From: an uncultured Nitrospiraceae bacterium
Lineage (GTDB): Bacteria > Nitrospirota > Nitrospiria > Nitrospirales > Nitrospiraceae
Assembly: GCA_963706325.1 (NCBI GenBank)
Contig: CAVPLT010000001.1
Coordinates: forward strand, 576,001-640,000
Direction: 5' to 3'
Length of the DNA stretch: 64,000 nucleotides
Notes under the pieces: generated by a model
Database searches by the model: none
Seen by the model: the letters and a program-made list of their open reading frames with translations, nothing else
Told to the model about the DNA's origin: nothing
Translations under genes and position numbers: made by a program
Shown here: piece by piece, positions 56,666-64,000 of the stretch
How positions within the stretch are numbered: position 1 is the stretch's first letter
Layout of the letters: every line of letters starts with the position of its first letter

Positions 56666-58366
56666 TTACCGCTCCTTGTCCCGCTCGGCAAGGAATTCCT
56701 TCCCTTCCGTGTGAGTGGAAGCCGCCCCAGGCACCGGCTCGGTGATCACCACTGAGTTGGGGTACGGTATCGCGGGCAAGTATATTTCAATGATGGTGCC
56801 GTGAGCGACTGTGCTCGTTGCGCGGAAGGTGCCGCCATGTTCACTGACGATAGTTTGAACATCGGCGAACTCTGCCCCTGCCCCATCTCCCTCAGCCGCG
56901 GCTGTCACGAACGGATCGCACAACCGGGCCTGGATGTCGGGGCTCACTCCTTCCACGGTATCCGAAACCGTCAGGCGCACATACGGTCCCGCAGGGAGCG
57001 GCAGGTCATGGCCGTTCGCTGCAACGGCGAGCTGAATATTGTCGAGGCGCACTTCCAAGATCCCACCGGTCGATTTCATTGCCTGTTCGGAATGGGCCAG
57101 GAGACTCACACACACTTGGTGAATCTGGGTGGGATCGGCCAAGACGGGTGTGATTGCTCCAGGGATCCATTCGCGGAGGGTGATGTCTTTCGACAATCTT
57201 CCTCTTAAGATTCGAAGTGTTTCTTTCAGAAGGATGTCCAGCGAGATCGGTTGTTTGGCGTTCCCTGCCTGGCGCCCGAACACGAGCATTTGAGTGACCA
57301 GATCTCGAGCCCGCCTCGAAGCTAGGAGGACCTGCTGTATGTGGCCATGGGGTCGACTGTCGGGCACAAGGAGCGGCAGCGCCAAGTCTGAGAAGCCCAT
57401 GATGGCGGTCAGGCAGTTATTGAACTCGTGGGCGATACCGCCTGCCAGGGTTGCTATGGCCGCCGTTTTCTTCGCCTGCTGTAACCGAGCGGCCAGTTCT
57501 TTTTGGGCGGTGATGTCGGTGATAACCACCTGTACGGCCGGGTGTCCATCGAACGTGGTCGGGGTGGCGAGCATCTCCACGTCGATGGAGTTCCCGTCCG
57601 CTCGCTCAAATCGTTGTTCGACGGGCACGGGGGGCGTTGGAATACCGAGGTTCTCTCCCGGGAGCAACCCTCGGATAAAGTCTTCCGGGAAACATTCCGT
57701 CAGCAGTCGTCCCTCAATATCCCGTGCCGAGGTGAGTCCGAAGAGTCGGGTGCCGGCTTGATTGATGAAGAGGATAGCTTGATCGGCATGGACAAGGATG
57801 GCATGGGGCGATGCCAGAATCAGGTTCCGGTAACGTTCCTCGCTCGTGTGTAGCGCTTCCATGGCCAATTGTCGAGGAGTGACGTCGCGGACCATGCCCA
57901 CATATCCGGTCGAGATTTCCCCGTGGGTGCGTAGAGGGAAGGCTTCGGCCATGACCCAGCGCACAGATCCGTCAGGTCGTTGAAAGCGAAACTCACGTGA
58001 AAAGCTCCGATGATCAGCGATAGCGCTGGCCCATTCGGCACTGATGACATCGTGATCTTCAGGGGAGAGTGCATGAAGCCAGCAGTCTCCCGTGGTGGCT
58101 GCCGATGGCAGTCCAGCCATCAGGCGCAGTCGGCCGTTGAGGTAGAGCGTGTGCCCTTCTGGGTCCGACAGAAAGATGCCGATGGAGGCTTCGCCGGAGA
58201 GCGTCCGAATAAAGGACTCGATCGTCGAGTGCGTCCCGGAGGGGAAGGTCGCGAGAAGGTCTGGCGAAGTCACGCGCGACTCCCGTGCGCTGTACGAGCC
58301 CGATGAGTCATCAGTTGGAGGTATCCTCCGACATGTGTGAGCGTCACCTGGTGGCCCAGCTACCAT
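56666..58366 (-). CDS. PAS-PAS histidine-kinase-like protein with a degenerate HATPase domain
   Basis: Two PAS/PAC domains and H-box LAGGIAHEFNN, with altered N, G1, F and G2 boxes. Start uncertain. Confidence 0.85.
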   Translation of the reverse strand: MVAGPPGDAHTCRRIPPTDDSSGSYSARESRVTSPDLLATFPSGTHSTIESFIRTLSGEASIGIFLSDPEGHTLYLNGRLRLMAGLPSAATTGDCWLHALSPEDHDVISAEWASAIADHRSFSREFRFQRPDGSVRWVMAEAFPLRTHGEISTGYVGMVRDVTPRQLAMEALHTSEERYRNLILASPHAILVHADQAILFINQAGTRLFGLTSARDIEGRLLTECFPEDFIRGLLPGENLGIPTPPVPVEQRFERADGNSIDVEMLATPTTFDGHPAVQVVITDITAQKELAARLQQAKKTAAIATLAGGIAHEFNNCLTAIMGFSDLALPLLVPDSRPHGHIQQVLLASRRARDLVTQMLVFGRQAGNAKQPISLDILLKETLRILRGRLSKDITLREWIPGAITPVLADPTQIHQVCVSLLAHSEQAMKSTGGILEVRLDNIQLAVAANGHDLPLPAGPYVRLTVSDTVEGVSPDIQARLCDPFVTAAAEGDGAGAEFADVQTIVSEHGGTFRATSTVAHGTIIEIYLPAIPYPNSVVITEPVPGAASTHTEGKEFLAERDKER

Positions 58367-58768
58367 GGCATAGTGTGGGCCAAGTATCGAGTGCCTCGCT
58401 CATCTTCAGTGAATAAGTACGTAAGTTGGGATCATAGCACCATGCTGGAGGAGGCCGGTAGAGATGATTAACATTTTGCACTGGAATTGGACTCTAGTTG
58501 AATAGGGCCATTTGTCGGTGTGAACGGAGAAGAGTTGTGGGGACCCTCTGGGCTGGTACTGTGGGTTGGATGGGCGCGTGACATCGACCTGCGAGAATTG
58601 TGACGAACAGGCATGAGTCAACCTGCGTGAAGCGACAGGCAGTCTGACTAAAGGATTTGCGCAAAAATGTGAGGCGCAGAATGTTCTGAAGGAAAGGCGC
58701 ACAGAATTACTCATCCGAGTATCGCGCGGCTTGCGATAAAACTGCGCGGATCACGTGAGCAGTAAGGT

Positions 58769-58852
58769 TGGTGCCGAAGGCGGGACTTGAACCCGCACGG
58801 CTTGCGCCACACGCCCCTCAAACGTGCGTGTCTGCCATTCCACCACTTCGGC
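58769..58852 (-). tRNA. tRNA-Leu (anticodon GAG)
   Basis: GCCGAAG acceptor stem, anticodon arm CACGT-TTGAGGG-GCGTG, long variable arm, GGTTCAAGTCC T-arm and encoded CCA. Confidence 0.97.
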
Positions 58853-58954
58853 CCTCGAAGGCGTAATCATCAACCGCTGAAGCGCTATGCGTACAACTGA
58901 GGGGCGCAGTAAATGATCTGACCGCTGCGTACGCATCACGCCCCAAGGAAGCGC

Positions 58955-58984
58955 ATTATAGAAGTGGTCCAAAATGCTTGTCAA
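58955..58984 (-). promoter_or_regulatory. sigma70 promoter of tRNA-Leu
   Basis: Minus strand TTGACA, 18-bp spacer, TATAAT and a GC-rich discriminator (GCGC). Confidence 0.75.
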
Positions 58985-59075
58985 TCAACTAGTTGTCCGG
59001 TAGAATCTGACACGTGCTGCGTAGGCATATCGCACATTTTCCCTCATTACAGCGATCAGCGGGCTGAATTTTGAG

Positions 59076-59771
59076 ATGATACCTCTCTCAATCCCACCTA
59101 TTTCCTATACGAGTCAGCAGACTGCGATCGCGGCGCTCTTTGACGTCGATAACACGATGCTTCCCGGGCAGGTGAGTGAAGTGCGATTTTTTCGATTTCT
59201 CTGGAGGCGTGGTCTAGTTGGATGGCGTGAGGTATGGGACAGTGCAGAATGGGTCTTACGACAAGCGCCATCTATTTCATTGCACCCTCTCCGAGAGCGG
59301 AAGCTCTATCTGGCCGGAAAAGTTGTAGCCGATATCGAGTCGTTCGCAGAGGAATTCTGTCGTGCCGAAATTGTTCCGTATCTCTCGACCCAGGCGGTAT
59401 CTCGCATGGACGAACATCGACGGGCTGGTCATTACATAGTACTGGTGACTGGGTCCCTGGAATTCCTGATGACGCCGCTGGCAACATTGCTAAACGTATC
59501 CACCCTCCTGGCGGCTAAACTCGAGCAGCAGCAGCAGCGATTTACCGGTCAGGTCTGCTCGCCCCTTCCCTATGGCCCCGGCAAACGAGAACTGATTACT
59601 CACTTGACAGAAGAATGCGGCATTGATCTGGCGCAGTCTTTTGCCTATGGTGACAGTCCCGGTGATGTTGAGCTGCTTCGTATGGTAGGCCATCCGCTGG
59701 TCGTGAATCCTATCCGAGGCATGGCCTCTATCGCCCGTCGTCATGGGTGGCCGGTGGCCATATGGAAATGA
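59076..59771 (+). CDS. HAD-IB family hydrolase
   Basis: FDVDNT, LVTGS, K and AYGDSPGD motifs. Confidence 0.92.
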   Translation: MIPLSIPPISYTSQQTAIAALFDVDNTMLPGQVSEVRFFRFLWRRGLVGWREVWDSAEWVLRQAPSISLHPLRERKLYLAGKVVADIESFAEEFCRAEIVPYLSTQAVSRMDEHRRAGHYIVLVTGSLEFLMTPLATLLNVSTLLAAKLEQQQQRFTGQVCSPLPYGPGKRELITHLTEECGIDLAQSFAYGDSPGDVELLRMVGHPLVVNPIRGMASIARRHGWPVAIWK

Positions 59772-59808
59772 AGCAGTCATTCGTCGTCGACTCTTGGATG
59801 CCTGGACT

Positions 59809-60447
59809 ATGATGAAGGTGACAGAAATCTTTCACAGCATCCAGGGCGAGTCCACCTATGCCGGTCGACCCTGCCTGTTCATCCGATTGACGGGCTGTCC
59901 GTTGCGCTGCACCTGGTGTGACACTGCGTATGCGTTCTATGGCGGGCGAGACCTCACGATTGAAGAGATTGTGGAAGAGGTCAGGCGCTTCGATTGCCCG
60001 CTTGTGGAGGTAACCGGAGGAGAACCTCTTAGTCAACCAGCATCCTTGGGACTGCTGACACGACTCTGTGACGAGGGATTCGAGGTATTGCTGGAGACCA
60101 GTGGCGCGATCGATACGGCCGGTGTCGACCGGCGGGTGCATGTTATTCTCGACGTCAAGTGTCCGGGGAGCGGCATGGCTGATCGGATGCATTGGCCCAA
60201 CCTCCAACGGCTCTCGTCGCAGGATGAAGCGAAATTTGTAATCAAAGATCGGGCCGACTACGAGTGGGCACGCGAGCGCGTCCGTCGCGAGGCGCTTGCG
60301 ACACGATGTACGGTGCTCTTTAGCCCGGTGTTCGGTGATAGAGAGGTGCGCCAACTGGCCGAGTGGGTGCTGGCGGACAAGCTGCCGGTCCGGTTTCAGC
60401 TCCAACTTCACAAGTACATTTGGACGCCGGACATGCGGGGAGTGTGA
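59809..60447 (+). CDS. queE: 7-carboxy-7-deazaguanine synthase (radical SAM)
   Basis: EIFHSIQGE, RLTGCPLRCTWCDT, TGGEP, ETSG and QLHK motifs. Confidence 0.93.
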   Translation: MMKVTEIFHSIQGESTYAGRPCLFIRLTGCPLRCTWCDTAYAFYGGRDLTIEEIVEEVRRFDCPLVEVTGGEPLSQPASLGLLTRLCDEGFEVLLETSGAIDTAGVDRRVHVILDVKCPGSGMADRMHWPNLQRLSSQDEAKFVIKDRADYEWARERVRREALATRCTVLFSPVFGDREVRQLAEWVLADKLPVRFQLQLHKYIWTPDMRGV

Positions 60448-60557
60448 CCCGTCCACGTGTCATTTAAGAAACGTCTTGTGTCCTGCAAATGATGGGATAC
60501 ATTTCCTGACAGAGCAGTGAAAGGACAAGGCAACAAGGCAAAGCGCGTGGAGGATTG

Positions 60558-62078
60558 ATGAAGAAGATCCAGGTTCAAGCACAGGTCGGACGGGCGGAGA
60601 ACGAGCCTGCCGAAGTTCTGGTTTTGCTCCGCTGCGAGGGGAACTCTGATCTCACGCAAGAGGCCGCAGCCATCGACGATCAACTTGGGGGACAGCTCGC
60701 CACGTTGATCCGGCGCGAAGAATTTGAAGGCAAGCTTGGGGAAGGGTTGCTGGTCCACACACAGGGGAAGGCCAAGGCGAAACGACTATTACTGACGGGG
60801 CTGGGCAAGGAAAAGGATCTGCGCGTAGACGCGTTCCGTCAGGCCTTAGGTTCTGCTGTGAAACGCGCCCGTCTAGCCAAAGTGACCTCATTTGCCGTGG
60901 TGATGCCGGCAGAACTGCTCGAGGAAATTCCCGTCCAGGATGTGGCGCAGGCGCTGGCAGAGGGAGCCATTCTCGGCAACTACCAGTTCACCGCCTACCG
61001 CAGCGCCAACGGGACCAAGTCGATCGAAGTGGAGCGCCTGGTGATCTACACCTCGCAACCGTCGCTATTGCCACAGATGGCGGAAGGGATCCGGCGCGGT
61101 GTTGCGACGGCTGAAGCCACGGTACTGGTTCGCGATCTGTGCAATCATCCAGCCAACGTAATGACGCCCACGCGCATCGTGCATGAGGCCAAGGCGGTCG
61201 CGAAAGAACCGGGCGTACGGCTGAAGGTGCTTGAACAGAAGGACATGGAGCAACTTGGCATGGGTGCCTTACTCGGCGTGGCTCAGGGCAGCCATGAACC
61301 GCCGAAGTTCATCATACTTGAGTATAAAAGCGCCAAAGCGAAGAAGGGAGATCCTCCCGTCGTATTAGTCGGAAAGACCATCACCTTTGATACCGGCGGC
61401 ATCTCGCTCAAACCGGCCGAAAACATGGAGCATATGAAGGCCGATATGACTGGTGGCGCTGAGGTATTGGCCACCATGCGGGCGGCGGCGCGGCTGAAGC
61501 TGCCCCTCCACCTGGTGAGCATTTTGCCGGTAGCTGAAAATATGCCGGGCGGGCGGGCGATGAGGCCTGGTGATATCGTGACGACCCTCTCCGGCAAAAC
61601 CGTCGAAGTTCAGAATACCGATGCCGAAGGACGGTTGATCCTGTCGGACGCATTGGCGTACGCGACCCGTTACAAACCGGCGGTGCTGATCGATATCGCG
61701 ACGTTGACCGGCGCCTGTGTCGTAGCGCTCGGCCAATTTGCTATCGGCATGTTCGGCAACAACGATCAATTGAAGGAGCATGTCCGGAACGCCGGGCAGC
61801 GGGCCGGGGAGCGCGTCTGGGAGATGCCGTTGTGGGAGGAGTACTTCGAGCAACTGCGCAGTGATGTGGCCGATATGCGGAATATTGGCGGCCGTGGCGG
61901 CGGCATGATTACCGCGGCCCTATTCCTGAGCAAATTTGTGGGCGATTGCCCATGGATTCATCTGGACATTGCCAGCACCGACTGGAGCGAGCGAGAACGT
62001 GCCTACCTGCCGAAGGGGCCGACCGGCATAGGGACCAGGCTCCTCATTCAATTCCTGATCGATCGCACCTTGCCGTAG
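60558..62078 (+). CDS. pepA: Leucyl aminopeptidase (M17)
   Basis: VGK.ITFDTGG, MKADM, NTDAEGRL, ATLTGA and HLDIA motifs. Confidence 0.96.
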   Translation: MKKIQVQAQVGRAENEPAEVLVLLRCEGNSDLTQEAAAIDDQLGGQLATLIRREEFEGKLGEGLLVHTQGKAKAKRLLLTGLGKEKDLRVDAFRQALGSAVKRARLAKVTSFAVVMPAELLEEIPVQDVAQALAEGAILGNYQFTAYRSANGTKSIEVERLVIYTSQPSLLPQMAEGIRRGVATAEATVLVRDLCNHPANVMTPTRIVHEAKAVAKEPGVRLKVLEQKDMEQLGMGALLGVAQGSHEPPKFIILEYKSAKAKKGDPPVVLVGKTITFDTGGISLKPAENMEHMKADMTGGAEVLATMRAAARLKLPLHLVSILPVAENMPGGRAMRPGDIVTTLSGKTVEVQNTDAEGRLILSDALAYATRYKPAVLIDIATLTGACVVALGQFAIGMFGNNDQLKEHVRNAGQRAGERVWEMPLWEEYFEQLRSDVADMRNIGGRGGGMITAALFLSKFVGDCPWIHLDIASTDWSERERAYLPKGPTGIGTRLLIQFLIDRTLP

Positions 62079-62150
62079 CCAGCACCAGACAGTCGCCGAG
62101 TGGTCTGAACGGGAGATCGTCGGATTAGCACATTGACAGATCAGGAGTTT

Positions 62151-63302
62151 ATGACGCTACGGGAACAAATCGGCCAACTGTTTATGATGGGATTCACCGG
62201 AACCACGGTCACCAAAGATTTGGCCTCGTTTGTGAAAGCCTATTCACCGGGCGGCGTCATTTTTTTTAGACGCAATCTGGAATCGGTTCAGCAAATCGTC
62301 GATCTTACCAATGGTCTTCAGAAGCTGTCCCCCGGGTCACCGCTACTCATCGCGATCGATCAAGAAGGCGGACGGGTGTCTCGTCTCCCCAGTGAGTTCA
62401 CAATTTTCCCTCCTGGTGAGCAGTTGGGACGCTGCAATTCCTATGAGTTAGCCTATTCTGCCGCGGCCACCGTCGCCAAAGAATTGCGAGCTGTGGGCAT
62501 CAATATGAACATGGCTCCAGTGCTGGATGTGAATAGCAATCCGGAGAATCCTGTAATCGGTGACCGATCATTCGGCGCCACACCCGAGCTTGTGGGGGAA
62601 ATGGGCTTGGCAACCATTGCGGGCTTGCAGGAAAATAAGGTGATCGCCTGCGGTAAACATTTCCCCGGTCATGGAGACACGGCCACCGATTCGCACAAGG
62701 TATTGCCGGTGGTCGAGGCGGATCTTCGCCGGTTGCGGGATACGGAGTTTCCCCCCTTTCAACAGGCGATTGCGTTTGGCGTGGCAAGCCTCATGACAGC
62801 CCATGTCCTCTATCGAGCCTTGGATCCCGAGGCTCCGGCGACGTTGTCGTCGGCGGTGATCCAGCGTGTGCTACGGGAGGAGTTTGGCTATGACGGGGTC
62901 GTCTTTACCGACGACCTGGAGATGCATGCCATTATCGATCATGACGGAATCGGCGAGGCTGCGGTCCGTGCGTTTGTCGCCGGATGCGATGTCCTGCTGA
63001 TCTGTAAGGACCAGGATCGGGTGATGGCAGCGATGCAGGCGATGGAGAAGGCCGTGGAAGACGGTCGGATCACCCCGGAAATGCTTGAGCAGTCGCTGGT
63101 CCGCGTGGCTCGACTCAAGGCGCACTATCTTCAGCCCTTCAAGGCGGTGACGATTTCCGATGCGCGTCTGGTGGTCGGTTGTCGCTCGCACAAGGTCCTT
63201 CTCGATTCGTGGCATAGCGCTTATGGAAGAGTGCCAAAACAGAAGGCGGCTGAGATCAATGAGTCGGCGGCGGTTCACGATTCTCCAGTGACGCATGTGT
63301 AA
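62151..63302 (+). CDS. nagZ: Beta-N-acetylhexosaminidase (GH3)
   Basis: IDQEGGRV, APVLD, IGDRSF, KHFPGHG..DSH and TDDLEM motifs. AGGAG RBS before ATG 62151. Confidence 0.94.
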   Translation: MTLREQIGQLFMMGFTGTTVTKDLASFVKAYSPGGVIFFRRNLESVQQIVDLTNGLQKLSPGSPLLIAIDQEGGRVSRLPSEFTIFPPGEQLGRCNSYELAYSAAATVAKELRAVGINMNMAPVLDVNSNPENPVIGDRSFGATPELVGEMGLATIAGLQENKVIACGKHFPGHGDTATDSHKVLPVVEADLRRLRDTEFPPFQQAIAFGVASLMTAHVLYRALDPEAPATLSSAVIQRVLREEFGYDGVVFTDDLEMHAIIDHDGIGEAAVRAFVAGCDVLLICKDQDRVMAAMQAMEKAVEDGRITPEMLEQSLVRVARLKAHYLQPFKAVTISDARLVVGCRSHKVLLDSWHSAYGRVPKQKAAEINESAAVHDSPVTHV

Positions 63303-63319
63303 AGGGTAGCTGAAGCGGC

Positions 63320-63706
63320 ATGGCTCTTAAAAAAGGTGATATCCTAGACGAACGAAAACGCCACCCAGATTCCTGTGGCCTCGTGGTGAAGTTTGCCGGC
63401 GGCGGCGAGGGATTTCAGAAGATCCGCTGTTGCGGGCACGAGCTGACCGAAGAGGACCGAGTGCCGGATATCATTCCGTCGAGAGGTCGCAAAAAAGGAG
63501 CGTTGCTCCCTGGAGCGATGCTGGAGGAGAAGCGGCAATTTGCGGATTCCTGCGGTTTGCGTGTCATGGTGCTTGACGGGGGCGCCGGGCTGGAAGGGAT
63601 CGACTGTTGCGGTCATACCATCACAGCTAGCGCCGTCAACGATTTGAAGTTCGGTCAACCTCGGGAGGAGCCTCCGATGCCCACCGGCCCTGCAGGGACA
63701 GCATGA
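63320..63706 (+). CDS. Protein with two tandem desulforedoxin-like Cys repeats
   Basis: DSCGLVV..GGEG...IRCCGH and DSCGLRV..GGAG...IDCCGH. Confidence 0.75.
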   Translation: MALKKGDILDERKRHPDSCGLVVKFAGGGEGFQKIRCCGHELTEEDRVPDIIPSRGRKKGALLPGAMLEEKRQFADSCGLRVMVLDGGAGLEGIDCCGHTITASAVNDLKFGQPREEPPMPTGPAGTA

Positions 63707-64000
63707 TTCAACCACCAATACCGCTCGGTTCCGAGGGCCGGCCGCTTCAAGCAACCACCATGCAGTCCTTGCTCGGATTTATGGACCGGCTGGATAGGCT
63801 GGGGTACGTCGCGGCAGGGTTCAGTCTGCTCCTCCTGGGCATGATCATCTTTGCTCACGCCTGGTATATCTTCCTGATGCGGCCGGTGCAGATTGGCGTG
63901 CTTCCGGCCGGGCTCAAATTATTGAATGATCTTCTTCTGGTTATCATTCTTCTTGAATTGTTTCGAACGGTCGTGCGCTTCCTTCAGACGGAGGTATTGG
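63703..64000 (+). CDS. psiE: PsiE-family (phosphate-starvation-inducible E) membrane protein, 3' truncated
   Basis: ATGA overlap with the upstream gene, TM helices and LNDLLLVIILLELFRTVVRFL. Open to the window end and absent from the ORF track. Confidence 0.75.
   Translation, partial: MIQPPIPLGSEGRPLQATTMQSLLGFMDRLDRLGYVAAGFSLLLLGMIIFAHAWYIFLMRPVQIGVLPAGLKLLNDLLLVIILLELFRTVVRFLQTEVL

Noticed and set aside
59809..60447. queE as part of a 7-deazaguanine DNA-modification (dpd) island
   Set aside because: No dpdA/tgt-like, queC, queD or folE neighbours. The context is housekeeping (HAD, pepA, nagZ).
1..64000. CRISPR array, IS element, integrase or prophage
   Set aside because: No regularly spaced repeats and no transposase, integrase or phage structural motifs were recognised in any listed ORF. 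No duplicate of the tRNA-Leu 3' end was noticed.

Overview
Bacterial chromosomal window of roughly 55-60% GC. Gene content and order point to a Nitrospira-like organism, which is an inference. It has four parts. (1) 1-19 kb is a patchy accessory region of signalling genes, hypothetical proteins, gene remnants, rtcB, rnhA and many tiny Cys-rich (Zn-ribbon-like) proteins, with no integrase, transposase or CRISPR seen. (2) 19.2-30.8 kb is a candidate light-response locus and the most interesting part. A CarH/LitR-type MerR plus B12-binding regulator is transcribed divergently from a long co-oriented gene run, across an AT-rich spacer with a perfect sigma70 promoter and tandem 11-bp repeats resembling CarH operators. 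The run encodes three secreted FGE/SUMF1-fold proteins lacking the FGE catalytic cysteines, a His-rich secreted protein, two paralogous Zn-ribbon microproteins, a TIGR01777 oxidoreductase, DUF4149, PDZ and membrane proteins, a CPD photolyase, a DUF523-DUF1722 protein and, further on, a CbiX/SirB chelatase. No carotenoid genes are present. (3) 31-51 kb holds pyrE, a rhodanese, a CHASE3 kinase/Rcp1-like/hybrid kinase triad and a '2M' complex I operon (nuoABCD-G-IJKL-M-M-N, no nuoE/F/H). (4) 51-64 kb holds an OmpA/MotB-domain protein, a PriA with degenerate helicase motifs, a PAS kinase with a degenerate ATP-binding domain, tRNA-Leu(GAG), a HAD hydrolase, queE, pepA, nagZ, a tandem desulforedoxin-like protein and a partial psiE. 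A dense cluster of single-base frameshifts at 24.9-26.8 kb looks like sequencing or assembly error. All family calls come from motif recognition by eye, and no searches were run.
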